A stretch of 64,000 nucleotides of DNA from the NCBI GenBank assembly GCA_001643675.2, contig LSRY02000042.1:186001-250000 (forward strand), read 5' to 3'. A model generated the notes under the pieces. That model saw only the letters and a program-made list of their open reading frames with translations, did no database searches and was not told where the DNA came from. Shown here piece by piece: positions 23,843-37,819 of this stretch. The DNA is from Monocercomonoides exilis PA203 (lineage: Eukaryota; Protista; Preaxostyla). How positions within the stretch are numbered: position 1 is the stretch's first letter; each line of letters opens with the position of its first letter. A program made the translations under genes and the position numbers.

Positions 23843-24624
23843 TTTATAAGATTATTGAAAGAGATCTTTTCTTGGATAAAATCAAAGAGATTTTTCAATA
23901 CCACCAGGAATATCACAACCTCACTCATGTTGCGTATCAATCTGCTTGGAAGTTTTTGATAGACAGATTTTTTACCGATAAAGTCTTGGAAAGAATTATT
24001 GTCAATGAACTTCATTTTGCAAGAGAGGCAGCAAGAGAACTAGAAGAGCTGGCAAATGGTGTGGATTGGAAGAGAGAAAAGGAAGAAAGAGGGAAAGAGG
24101 GAAAAGAGACAGAAGAAGAACAAGTCTTATTGAGATGGCTGCAAAAATTGAAACCTTATTTTATCAAATGCGAATTGTGGAATGAAGAATTTCTTGAGCT
24201 TTTGAGCAGCGTTGTTCGTGTGTATCGAGCATCGAGGGACAATTCCAGAGAAATCAGTGAGCAGTGCATTAGTGTAATTGAAGCAGCAGCAGGCAACAGA
24301 GATATGAAAATTGATGGCCTGCTGAAAAGTGGGGCTGTTAATGTTGTTTTGGAGGAGCTACAGCAGCCAACGTTGAATGACAAGATGACATTTGATAGTT
24401 TATCATTTTTTGTTGCGATTCCATTGCGAATGAAAGGAAAAAAGAGAGATGAAATGGAAGAAGCAAAAAGAAAGGAAACGAAAAAGAAAGTATTTGAGAA
24501 GTTGGAAGAAGAGGGATACGAAGATGAAATAATTTGTTATTATGAAATGTTTGATTTTCTGAACGAAGAAAATGATGATGATGTATTATCATGGGACGTT
24601 TCAGACTATTTTGTAAATGCTTGA
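23166..24624 (+). CDS. Helical family protein, copy 2; exons 23166-23199, 23265-23758, 23851-24624
   Basis: MQEMGNTKKFE|ELFNELE start and the family motifs. Intron 2 contains an (ATT)n microsatellite. Confidence 0.88.
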
Positions 24625-24948
24625 GTAAATGAAACATTCATTCTTTGTTTCTCAGAGTTTCAATTTTTCTTTTTTATTTTTCTTTTATTTTTTTTTTTTT
24701 TTCTTTTTCTCTTTTTTTTCTATTTCACAATTCAACAAGTTTTCATGTTTTTATTGAAGAGTTCTTTCACTCCATCAAATGGAAGCAAAGTGATTGTGAA
24801 AAAATGAACTAAATGATTGTTCAATTTTCGTTTCTCTTCTGTCTTTCTTTTCCTCTGATTAATTTGTTCCATTTTTCGTCAAAATTGTTTATTGACTATT
24901 TTTATAAGTTCCTCCCTACGTTCGTCATTTAATTTCTCTTTCAAAATT

Positions 24949-24989
<41 letters not shown>

Positions 24990-25282
24990 TATTTCAAATT
25001 TCTTTTGTATTTCCCATTTATTCTTTGACAATGTCACTGTGAATTTTAAGGATTGTTTGCCTCCACTTTATCCATTCAAATTTGTACTTTCAAATGCTAG
25101 CTTTGAAATGTAATTCTTGATTTCTTTCTTTTCTTTTCTTTTCTTTTTTTCTGTTCATTTTGTTCCATTTTGAAGTTATGAAAAAATAGCTTTTGAAAAA
25201 ACATTTTAAACTTGCCAAATTGTGAAATGAAAAAGGAAAAAAGAAAAGAAAAGAAAAGAAAAAGAATAAATGTTTCATTTAC

Positions 25283-26087
25283 TCAAACATTCACAAAATA
25301 GTATGAAACATTACATGCCATTCTATGTTCATAATTCATACAAAGAAAATACAGCATTCTCTTAAAGCAAAAGATGGTGTCTTCATATCCCTCTTCTTCC
25401 ATCTTTTCATATATATTCCTTTTTGTTATTTTTCTTTTCGCTTCTTTCCTTTCATCATCCTCTTTTTTCAAACGATTTGAAATATTGTAGATGAATTCCA
25501 AGCTTTTAATTGTTATTCTGTCATCCATTGTTGATTTGTGAATCTCCTCCAGAAAAACATCAACAGCCCCACTCCTCAACAAATCATCAGCTGTCACACT
25601 TCTATTTCTTGCTGCTTCTTCAAGCACATTAATGCATTCTCCACTTATTTCTCTGTGATTATCCTTTGCTATTCGAACTACCTGAACAAGGCTGTTAATT
25701 AGATCGGCAAAGTCTTCATTCCACAATTTGCAATGGCGAAAATAAACTAACAATGTTTCAATCCATTTCATTAAAAGAAGCTCTTCTTTCGTTTCTTTTC
25801 CTCCTTTCCATCCTTCTTTTCTCTTCCCATCAACACATTTCGAGAGTTCTTCCAGTTCTTTTGCTGCTTCTCTCGCAAAATGCAGTTCATTCACAATAAT
25901 TTCTTCTAAACTGTTTTCAAAGATTATTCTTTTTATCAAAAACTCCCAAGCTGATTGATAGGCAATTCGTGTCAGATTGTGATGTTCCTGATGATATTCG
26001 ATGATCTCCTTGATTTCATCAAGGAAAAGTTCTTTGTCCAGTTTCTTATAAAAAATAAATAAATAAAATAAAATAAAGTGAAGAAAA

Positions 26088-26160
<73 letters not shown>

Positions 26161-26787
26161 GTAGGATATTAGTATCACAATTGGAAAAGAAGTTTTCATA
26201 CGCAATATCCAGCTCCGCTTAATGCAAGCAAAGCCACTTCCACTTCTGTTTGGGCCTCTTTGTTTTCCTCTTTGTTTGATGAAGACTTCAAAAGGCAAGG
26301 AACGCAAATTGAAAGCGAGTTTAGTGGGAAACAAAAGTTAAGCAAAATGAAGCACTCAAAAAGGTCAACAAGAAGCTTCTCGTTCTTCTCTTCTTTTTTC
26401 AGTTCTTCTTCAATAATCATTTTCTTAAATCTTTGATTCAATGAAGATCCACGAAAACTGTAATCATGTACATTTTTCAGTACATTCCAACATCCTATGC
26501 CCTTCAGCAACACAAACGCATTTTCCAAACATATTTCCTTTTCTTCAATCATTTTGTCCATTTTGTCGAACAGTTCTTTTGTGAAAATTAAATTGGAATC
26601 TTTTTCGTTCATTTCAATAATCATTTCATTAATCTCTTCGATTGTCCGTTTCTGCTTGTCAGCTGAGTTGCTGCTCAACCTAAAAAATAATTCTTCAAAA
26701 AACAAAGAAAAAAGTCCAATCAAAAAGAATTCAATGAAACAGTGAATGCACACCAGTGAATTTTTTTGTGTTATCGATATCCTGCAT
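25283..26787 (-). CDS. Helical family protein, copy 3 (3 exons)
   Basis: MQDIDNTKKFT exon 1. ORFs 26196..26825 and 25283..25939 carry the family motifs. Intron 2 contains (CT)n and poly-T. Confidence 0.85.
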
Positions 26788-27285
26788 TTTTGAAAACACA
26801 TTGCATTCAAAAAAATACAAAGCAATTTTTATCATTCACATTGAATTCGAATGTGTTTGGATAGAAGAAAGTTGCACAAATTTATTTCCCAAATAATCAT
26901 GAAAATGCAAGTATTCACACCGTAGTTTTTTGCATTAATATTTTTGTGTTGGAATAAAGGAGAAAAGCTACTCTAAACTTGAAAAAGATTAATTGTTATG
27001 GATATTCGGATCATCAGATTTGAAAGAAATTCATTTTCCAAAATAACATATGGAAATTATAGTGTATGCATTTTTTATTATTCTTATTCATTGTGAAAAA
27101 ACTCATATAAATAATCTTTTCAGAGTTAAAGAATCTGATAAATTACACAAATGGCCATTCCTTTGCTTTAATGAGCAGAGCACTAAAGAAAGCTTGATAG
27201 CGAGATATAATCAGCAAAAACGAATCACATATATTGCATTCAATTGGAACAGGGGATGAAAATAAATTCAATCTCAAAGCATTTT

Positions 27286-27799
27286 GGGTAAGAGCAGAAG
27301 ATAGGGGTACCTAAAAATCTTAAAGCTAAACATCCATCCTGCATAATAATCGAGCCACATGCTATTTAAAAGATAAATAATGACAATTTTTTAGGTTTGG
27401 AGAAAAATTAGTGTGCATCAATGAATAAATCATGTTAAAAAGAAACCCAGAATATTGACTTAAAAAAATTTTTTGAAGCATCACGGTTATCCACAACTTC
27501 AAAATCTTCTTTAAATGGAACACCATTGAAAAGCATGATATTACGTCCTGTTACAAGGTATTTGACGGTTATTATTAAACTTTTCCTTTTGATATCAAAC
27601 TTAATATATGGAACAAAACATAAAAAAACTGAAAATAAATTGGAATATGAAATTGTTTCTTTCATATTTCCTTCATAATTTTCTAATTTGATGTGTCACT
27701 TATATGCAACACATGAATGAATGTGAATTTGATTTTTATTTCAATATATAACAAGACAATGAAAAAATTTAGGTACCCCTGTTTTCTGCATTTACCGCC
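27286..27799. mobile_element. Non-autonomous TIR element, ~514 bp, possible TTTT TSD
   Basis: Left end gggtaagagcagaagataggggtacctaaa versus reverse complement of the right end ggcggtaaatgcagaaaacaggggtacctaaa. tttt on both flanks. Confidence 0.65.
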
Positions 27800-28129
27800 T
27801 TTTGATGAGAGGAAAAAGAAATGACAGCAATTGAACAGCACTTGAAAAGAAAAAATGAAAAGATATTTTTTTTTTTTTTCGGAAAAAAAGTGGATGAGAA
27901 GATCGAAAGCAGGATATTTGTGGGGGGAAAGGATGAATGGAGAAAGGAGCACTGAGAAATAAGGGAAAAGGAGAATGGCAGCATCAGAGATCAATAATCC
28001 TGTGCATTTGAGACTGGATTGTGATGTGTGTTTTTTTCAAAAATTTTCGAAATCAACTCAAAACAAATCTCTTTTCTTTTTTTTAAATAGATCATATTTC
28101 CATTCCAACCAACAGTTTTTATTTCGTTG

Positions 28130-28640
28130 AGCATTATTGTGCACACGTATTAATAATAATTCAGAAGAAAACCATCCATCAAGCAAAATATAGCATTCGC
28201 AAAGATCTATCAGAAGCTTTTCATCCTTTCCTTCTGTTTTCTCATTTTCAAAAATAATCTTCCACTCAAATCTTTTCTTCAAGGAAGTGTCTGTAAAGAT
28301 TGAGTGCCCTGTTGTTTTTATTGCATTTTCGTACCCAACATGTTTCAGCAAATCAAGCGCTTTTTCAAATGGATATTTGTTTTTCAAAATCAATTCGTAA
28401 TTTTCATCGAATTCTTCTTTCGAGAAAAATGGCTTCAGCTCTTTCTTTACCCATTTTTTCCAGCATTCCGTTCATTTCTTCTTTCATCAGTCTTTCCTCT
28501 TCTTCTGCAAAATCAAATTCAGGAAACATATCTTTTTTTTTTTTGGAATAATAAAAAAATTATTAATTGGAACCTCCACTCCTTCAAGTGAATTCAAACG
28601 CACACACCATAAAATTGTTCAATGTCAGCATTTTCCTGTC
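28130..28640 (-). pseudogene. Helical family copy 4, truncated and frameshifted
   Basis: LLKHVGY...KDEKLLIDLCECYILL is present. Similarity ends before the KVAL motif and exon 3 is absent. Confidence 0.75.
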
Positions 28641-30962
28641 CTTGTGCAGAATCATCACAACCAATAAATGTCCATATTTTGTCATTCACACAAACACAAA
28701 GATACAAAATGATGAGAAAATTGATGAAAATAAAAACTCGTTGAAATCCAGAAACAACATCATTGATACCATTCCTCCTATTTTTCTTGGAAGAAAATAC
28801 GGATTTGTGCTTTTGAAGTCTTCACAAAAATGATCTGATTGCATTATTTATTAAATAAGAGATTTGTTTAGTTTGTTTCTTTTCATTTCTTCTTTTTCTC
28901 AAATAGTGCTTTGACAATTTTTGGAGATTTCAAAGCAGTTGAATTTGGAAAAAAATATCAGATAACAACTTCATTGTTTGATGAATAGAACATCAAAAGA
29001 AGAAAGTCAAAACATATTTATTTTTGACCGAAGGAAAAGTTTTGGAAAAGATGGTTGTATTTTTTTTCATAACATTGGGGCAATCATTTGAAAAGGATTC
29101 GACTTGAAATCATTTGCATGAATTTTCAAAAGACGAAAAACTCAAAAAAGAAGATTTATCCAAATTGATTTGCCACAAGGAATTAAGAAATGCGACACTG
29201 ACTGACATGCTTTTTTGCTGAGAAAATGATTTAAGAAATGAAAAGAAAATTTTCAAAAATTATTGAACAGGGAATTGTCATGAAGTGGATTGGAAGATCT
29301 TCTGCTTTTTGAAACAGAAGTGTAATTTTTGTGTTCCAGAAAATATCCAGAGAAAAAATGATTCGTAATCATCATGATCGAATTTCAAATAAAATTTTCA
29401 TAAACCTTCAGTTCAGGCCCATTCTCAAGGGAGGCAAGTGAATCAAGCAATATTCCCTTCTATCAAATGTTGTGTCCTGTTTTTGAAGCATAATCTGAAA
29501 GGACAGACAGAAATCTTGCTATTTCAACTCGATTGTTCCTCCATCAATATCATTCAATTGCAGTTTGAAATGCTAACATTTTTCTGCTCAATTGGCACTT
29601 TCTACTCATCTTTTCTGTGATTCTTCTTTATTTCCGAAGTGATAACTGTTTCATTGCCATTATCTGTTACATATTTCTTTTGAAGTTCATTTGAAGCAGA
29701 TATCAGAATTTGAGAGCGTGGATGTTTGAGAGATCTTCTTCTTCTTTAACAATCAAATCATTTCAATTTCATTTTCTTCTTCTTCTTCTTCTTCAACATT
29801 TTCATTTCGTTCATTCTCCTAACTGACTTCCAGTTCATCAATTTTCACCTCTGTTTCTTTCTTTCTCTTCATCAAAAAGGAAGGGATATCATCTTTCTCT
29901 TTCTTTATATTCAAAAATTGCCATTAATTTCAATCACATCACAACAAATAATACAATTCACATGACAAATGCTGTTTCTGATTCTTTCTTCAATCAACTT
30001 TTGCTCTTTCATCTTTTTCCTTAATTGACTTCTCCATTTTCCTTTTCATTTCATTTCTTTTTAACCAGCCTCCTCTCCTCTCCACGTTCGTATCCCTCTC
30101 CATCTTTTCCATAAGCCCATATATACTTTCCTCTTTCTGCTTTTGTTCTGCCTTCCACAATGTTCATCTCCACGTTTCCCTTTCACTATCTCTTCCTCAT
30201 CATCTTTCTTCAACTTTTCTTCTTTTTATTAAAAACTATCTTATCATTCGCTCTTTCAACTTCCTGAATAAATTAAAGACTATAATTCCAAAAAAATCCA
30301 AAAAATAATTATCATCCTTCAGAGCATATTTTAAAGACAAATAAAAAAGCAAGCATACACACATCCAATTCCTTTATCCTGTTTTGTGAAAATGTCCTTT
30401 GCACTATTCAAGAAATATTCTTCCAAGAAAAATAAGAAGATTCTTCTTTTTTTTGAAGCCAGTCTGATTTGTTGGCCAATGGAAAGGTTGGAAAAAGAAA
30501 TATCATCAGATAAATAGAAAAATATAAAAAAACGTACACACAGAAACTCTATTCAAAAATTAATTCATTGCAAATTGTTGGTCCAACAATTTCAAAAAAT
30601 TATCCAACAGAATTTCATCATTGGCATTGTTTTTCCAGCGATAAACGTGAACATCGAAATTAACATTTTAAAAGCTGCAGCAAATGTTCACTCATCGATT
30701 ACTTATTTTACTAATTCATTCTTCAGTTCAAAGAAACTTTTTTGATCAATGAACCCATAATCACAACTATATTTGATTTAGTGTTTTCAATCTATGTTGT
30801 TCTTTGCCAAATAGGTCAATACAAAGCAGGATGGTGCGAGACCAAGTATTTCCATGTTGCATTTGAGTTTTCATTCTCTCCTTTTTTAAATCTTTGCGTG
30901 ATTGTTTTTTAATTTGAACGATGAAAATGGGGTTGTTTTCAAAATGAAATTCTTCATCAAAA

Positions 30963-32383
30963 ATGCAGAAGATGGACAACACAAAAAAGTTCAATGGTGT
31001 GCTGTTGAAGTTGCATATAAATTTTTATTGATTGAATTTCTTTCATTTCTTTGCTTTTATTGAAGAATTGTTTCATGAACTTGAAGATTGCACAGAAATT
31101 GAACAGAAAGTTATAATCCTTGAAATGAATGAAATTATTGATGGAATGAATGAAGAAGAATTTAAATCCGTTTTCACAAAAGAACGATTCGATAACATTC
31201 ATCAAATGACTAAAGAAAAGAAACTTTTGATGGAGAATGCCATTTTGTTGTTGTTTCATATCGGTTATTTCAAAGCATCGAAAGATGAATGGAGTAATTG
31301 CTTTCGCTTTTCTGGATTGAGCGGAAGATTTTGTGAGATGATAATTGAAGAAGAGAAGAAAAAAGATAAAAAAGGATGAAAAGCTTCTGGTTGATCTCTG
31401 CGAATGCTATTTGTTGTTGAACAGATGGCCTTCATCTGAAATGTCTTCAATAATTGTATCTTGCCTTCTGAAAGTTGCCTTGAAGAGAGAAGAAAATGAG
31501 GAGACACAGAAAGAAGTGGAAATGGCTTTATTGGCTTTGAGCAATTTTCGGAGTATCGTATGGGCATTGCTATTTCCTTTTTGATGTTATTTGTTATTTT
31601 TTTAATTCTGATTAGAATGTGCTAAAAGAACTTTTCATCAATGAAATCAAAGAGATTATCCAATATCATAAGGAGCATCACAATCTGACACGAATTGCCT
31701 ATCAGTCTGCTTGGAAGTTTTTGACAGGTAGATTATACTTCGATCATAGTCTTGAACATGTTATTGTGAATGAGGTGCATTTCGAAAGAGAGGCAATAAG
31801 AGAACTGGAAGAGCTGGCAAAGTGGATGAATTGGAAGAGAAAAGAGGAAGAGAAAAGAGATAAAGAAAGCAGAGAAGCGAAAAACTTGAAGCAATGGCTT
31901 CAGACGATTGCATTTTTCTTGGAATACTGTCAGTTGTGGAATGATGAAATTGTTGACCTTGTCTGCAGCATTGTGAAAGTATTTCGAGCAGCAAAGGATA
32001 ATCACAAAGAACTTTGCGATCAATGCATTTCTTTATTTGAAGAAGTAGCTGGTAGCAAAAATGTATCAGCTGATGGCTTGTTGAATAGTGGAGCTGTTGA
32101 ACTCATTTTGGAGGAGATTCAGCAATTGACATTGGATTTCAAGATGACGATTAACTTCTTTCTGTTCTTAATAGATCCTTCAAGTGAATTGAAAGAAAAG
32201 AAGAGAGATGAAATGGAAGAGGCGAAAAGAAAAAACTTGAAAAGGAAAGTGTTTGAAAAGATGGAAGAAGAAGGATACGAAGATACAGTCACAAGTTTTC
32301 GTAAAATATTTTATTTTCTCCGTCAAAAATATAGTGACGTTGCATCATCATTGAATATTTCTGATTATTTTGTGAATGCTTGA
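30963..32383 (+). CDS. Helical family copy 5, with a 1-nt frameshift at ~31370 (pseudogene or homopolymer error)
   Basis: MQKMDNTKKFN exon 1. EEEKKKDKKG* switches frame to DEKLLVDLCECY. Intron 31558-31615; exon 3 is 31616-32383. Confidence 0.8.
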
Positions 32384-32523
32384 TATTACGATGGCTCATA
32401 TTTTGATTCTCGGAGTTTACATTTTTCTTTTTCTTTTTTGTTCATTTCATAAAGTCGATTGAAAGCATTCACTTGAAGAATCAATTCAAAAGGCATTTTC
32501 CGCAAGGATCAGTCATTAAATGA

Positions 32524-32526
<3 letters not shown>

Positions 32527-32560
<34 letters not shown>

Positions 32561-32655
32561 TTCTCTCTTTCTCTCTCTCTCTCTCTTTCTCTCTTTCTCT
32601 CTTTCTCTCTCTTTCTCTTTCTTTCTTTCTTTCTTTCTCTTTCTCTTTCTCTCTG
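32527..32655. repeat. (CT)n/(CTTT)n microsatellite
   Basis: Directly visible. Confidence 0.95.
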
Positions 32656-33540
32656 TTCTTTCTCATCCTCCTCCCTTCTATTCTTTCTCTTTTTCTTCTT
32701 TTTTTTATTCTTCTTTTTTTTTATATTCCATATGGAAACTTTTTTTTAATTTCAAAGTGCACATTTAATAAAAAAATTTGGAATCGATAAAAAATGGGGT
32801 TTTTAAAAGCTGAAAGGTTTTAAATGATTTAATTATCTGAATCTCAACCTGTGCATTTTTTAAACAAAAGAATGCAGAAATGATGGATGGAGAAATGAAT
32901 TGCTGTCAGATAAATAAAAAAGAATTTTCAATGGGTTTTTTGTTTATTCAGTAATTATTTATCATCTTGATGGGAAAAAATCAATTCTTTGAATTTGTTT
33001 GAATTCCCGAAAATCATGAATTTTTTCAATTGATAATTATCCATATTTAAAAATCAGTCATTTTTTTGTCAAAACGTCGAAAAGGCTCATAAAACAAAGC
33101 TAGAAGTTATCGTTTCGACTCAAATTCAATTGTGCTAATTAATTTTCATTTCTGTTATCTGTTATTGAATGAGATGTTCAAAATTTGTTTTCAGATTGCT
33201 TTTCACTTTCATTTAACATTGAACATCATTAATAAAAATTTTCACAATTATTCTAAAAAAATAATTTATTTGAAAAATAACTTTTTCTTATTATTAAAAT
33301 GGTAAATATGAATCAAGACAAAATGAAACTTTTTATATTCTTCTTATCTCTAAATTATTTTGATATTAATCAACACTGAAATAATATATGAAGATTATCT
33401 ATTATCTGCAAGTATTGTGCATAAAAACTGTTCATTCTGATGCAAATAATTTTAGAAGCGATAAAAAAAATTACAAATTATCGTTCATCAGTAAAATCCA
33501 AAAACTATATAATGGGATTAAACATTTGCTCGTGTCCTTC

Positions 33541-34788
33541 ATGAATGATTTCAACTGGTTCGAACGTGTATCATTTATAAAGCCTTCCTCCATAAATATG
33601 GAAAATGTTTCGCTTTCGTTTTCAATGCAAAATGTCCTCCAAATGTTTGGCAGGTTTGGAGAGATTTCTTCGATATCTGCAACTTCATCTAATCCAGCCA
33701 GCGATGCATTTCAACGGATTCACGTGACATTTCGAAACTACGAAGCTGCTTTTAGTGCGTTTGAATATTTGAAAGCGAAGGAGCAAAAGTTTAACCTTCA
33801 TTTTCAGACGGGAAAAGAATTGCCGGATTATTTAAATCATCCAAATGATAATTTCCAAAAAACTTCTGAATCAAAGAACTTTTTTGTTGAGCAATCGCAG
33901 GTTATGATGCCAAGCCACATCGAGAAGACTCAGCACAGTAATTCTCAATCTTCTTCTGTATCACCATTGAAACAGCAATCAAACATAAGGATAACCGATA
34001 GGCCAAGACACAAAAAAATTCTAACTGTAAAGGTGTCTCATGAGCCTCTTCTAACGACTCCAAAGATTGGCTATAAAAAGAAGAATTCTATTACGCATCA
34101 AAATGCAAAACCATCTTCGGAAAGCAGTTTTGACAGTGTTTCCAGCCTTTCCGTTGCCGCCGCCCGAAACGACTGCGAGGACGATGAATTCATCGATTTG
34201 CAGCCTTTCATTGTTGTCTATGGGAAATACATGGACGACGACGGGACACTGAAATTTGGCTGGACAAAACCCGAAAACGTGATATCCTTCTTGGAGCAGC
34301 AGGGTTCTTCATCTCCTGCACCTTCTATTTCATCATCATCTTCTTCTTCTTCTTCTTCAGCTCTTTCTTCTCTTTCTTCTATTTCTCCGTATTTATCCGA
34401 AACATCTTCTTCCTCTTCTTCTTCTACCTCTACCTCTTCTTCTTCTTCTTCAATTTCTTCTCCTTCCTCCAATTCAAATTCTTCTGTTGTATCTTCTTCT
34501 TTCTCGTCAAATTCTTCTCCTTCATTATCTTCGTCATCATCACCTTCTTCTTCTTCTTCTTCTTCCTCCTCCTCCTCTTCTTCTTCTTCTTATTCTTCTT
34601 CTTCTTCTTCTTCTTCTTCTTCTTCTCTTTCTCCATTCTCTTCATTTTCTCATTTTGTTCCTTTTTCTTCTTCCTCCTCCTCTTCAAAATCTTCTTCCTC
34701 TTCTTCCTCTTCCTCTTCCTCTTCTTTTCCTCTTCTTCTTCCCCCTCCTCCTCCTCCTCCAATTCCATTCTCAATGAATTCTTCTTCT

Positions 34789-34823
<35 letters not shown>

Positions 34824-35691
34824 CTCCTCCTCCTCTTTTTCTTCCTTTTCTAACATTGATCAAGAATTTTCTCTTTATCCTTCTTCTTCTTCTTCTTCTT
34901 CTTCTTCTTTTTCTTCTTCTTCTTCTCTTTCTTCTCTTCCTTTCACCCCCTTTTTGCCTTCTTCTCATCAAATTTTCAATAAAAACGAAATTTTCATTGA
35001 AAATTCTGAAAAAAATCATTTTTTCCCTCAAATTTTCAGTAAAAATGAGAATTTCATTGAAAATTCAGAGAAAAATGATGAAAACTGTGATAATTTTCTT
35101 CATTTCCCGTATTTCTCTTCTAATTCTTCTAATTCTTCACAAAATTCTTCCTCTTCCTCTTCATTTCCTTCTTCTTCTTCTTCTTCCTCCTCCTCTTCTT
35201 CTTCTTCTTATTTAGAAGAACATTTCATAACTCCTAAATATCATGTGAGGAACAATAATAACACAAATAATCATAGTAACTCTGTTATTTCTCTTTCTCT
35301 TTCTCTTTCTTCTTCTTCTATGCCGAATTCTTCTTCTTCTTCTCTTTCTTCTTCTCTTTCTTCTTTTCCTTCTTCTTCTTCTTCTTCTTCTTCTTCCTCT
35401 TCCTCTTCTTCTTCTTCTTTCCGTTCTCTTCCTCCTCCTCCTCCTCTTGGTTTAATTATTCATCCTTCTTCATTTAATTCTTCTTCTTCTTCTTCTCTTT
35501 CTTCTTCTTCTAATTCAAAATTTTCTTCATATTCTTCTTCCTCTTCTCCACCACCCCCTCCTCCTCTTCCTTTTAATTCTTCTTCTTCTTCTTCTCTTTC
35601 TTCTTCTTCTTCTTCTTCTTCAGAGTTATTCCATTCAAATATTTCCTCTTCCTTCATCAAATCTCCTCCTCTCCCTCATCCTCCTCCTTAG
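33541..35691 (+). CDS. RRM-domain protein with a long Ser/Pro-rich low-complexity tail (alternative start at 33388)
   Basis: INMENVSLSFSMQNVLQMFGRFGEISSI...IHVTFRNYEAAFSA is a divergent RRM. The ORF is open to TAG at 35691. Confidence 0.75.
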
Positions 35692-37782
35692 CTTCTTACG
35701 TATGTTTATTCATAATTATTATTATTTTATTTATTATTTATTTATTTATTTATTTTATTATTATTTATTTATTATTTATTCATTATTTATTTATTATTTA
35801 TTTATTATTTATTTATTATTATTTTAATTTATTATTATTTTATAATTTAATTATATTTATTTGTTACAATTAATTGATTTAATTTAATAATGATTTTCTT
35901 CTTATTTATTTTATTATTATTTATTATTTATATATTATTTAATTTATTCTCCTCTCAGTTTAATTTTTACAGACCTCATCGCTTGACAGAGCTTATGTGT
36001 GTTATTTCTTGATTGTGATTACAATAAGCAATAATAATAATAATAATAATAATAATATTGAAAAAAATAAAAATAAAAATAAAATAAAAAAATAAAGTGA
36101 TCAAACAGGTGCAATATAATTTATTTTATATGCAGCTCAATTTTATTTTACAAACCCATTTTTATTTATAAAGTTTTACAAATTTTGATTTATTTATTAA
36201 TTTATTTATTTATTACAATTTATTTATATATTTTCCAATATATTTTGTTTGTTTTATTTGAAAGTCGTCATCAAAGCATATGCATCACATTTACATTTTT
36301 AGTTCTTCAATTTCTAGAGGGAATTAAAAATACGGAATGAATTTCATTATCGCTTGCTGTTTGGCTTGATCAGTTTATTTGATCTTATTGCATTTGATGT
36401 TACAAAACTTGTTTTTATATATTTTTTTATATTGTTTTATTTAGTTAAAATGAAAGTTTAAATGTTATTTATTTTGGGTTTATTTCGAATGTTTTACAAC
36501 TGTTAAACATATTTTATTTTGTTTTTGTTTTGAAAATTATTTATTTATTTTAAAGTCTGCATAATTTTTATTTTTTTGAATAAAAAAATCACTTTTCAAT
36601 TGAAACGCACTCAGTCTTGCTCTTATCTTAACTTTATCTGTTCTATTTCTCTAATCTTAATTTTATTGACTTTATTCTTCTGCTTGCTTTTATTTTTATC
36701 TAAAAATTCTTTTTTTCCAAAAATAAAAAAATATTTTTTTTTTTTGTTTATTTTCCTTCTTTCGCCATCGCAACCATTTTGTTATTGCATTGTGCAGGTT
36801 TCATTGAAATTGTCAAGGGATTAAATTATTTTTTTATTTAATTTTGTTTTTGTTTTTGTTTGTTTGTCTTTGAATTGTTATTTATATTTTATTTTATTTT
36901 ATTACATATTCGAGAGATAAAGTGAATAAGAAGAGAAAGAGAAAGAGAAAGAGAAATGTTGTTAATTTTAAATATGGGCGAGCTCAGAATTTTATTCTTA
37001 ATTTTGTATCACCATTCATTTATATAAGTCTTTTAACTAATTGTTCTTTGATTCAACGGTTTTCATTAAAATTCTATTCTTTTTGGTTTTTGTTGAAATT
37101 TTTGTTTTTGTTTTTTTCAACATCTTTACAAAATAAATTTAAAATGTGGTTTAATTTTTGATATTTTTTTAATTTCAAATTGAAAGAAAAGTGGTTTTAA
37201 TAATTTAATTTTTAACCTTTATTTTTTTTTTCACTTTAATCTGTTTTTATTTTATGTTTTGTCAGACTTCTTGTTAACGTGCATGATATTCGTCATATGC
37301 CTCCATTTTATCTTTCTCTTCACCAGTTGAACTTATCTGGCTTCTCCTTTATTTTCCCTGTTATTTCTCTTGAAATTTTTATTTTTATAAAAAATTATTA
37401 TTCATATACATATTTTATTTATTATTTTAATTTTATTTTATTTTATTTTATAAATTAATTAATTGTAAGTTGTGAGTTGCATTCTTCATTTGATGAATCA
37501 ATATCTAACATTATCCACTTTGATTGACACATGAGCTATCAAAATTGGATGATGTATTTGTTTGTTATTTGATCATATTTTCAAAATTTATTTTTATTTT
37601 TATTTTTATTTTTGATTTTATTTTTTGGAAAAAAAAATAATATAATTATATACAATTATCAGAATTATTGCTAATTTTATAATATATATCCATTCTCTCC
37701 TTTTTTTTTATTTTTGCTAAAAAAATAAATTAACAAGTGGTCTTTGTTTAGTATGTTTCTGTTTTTTAATACTATTTCTCTA

Positions 37783-37819
<37 letters not shown>

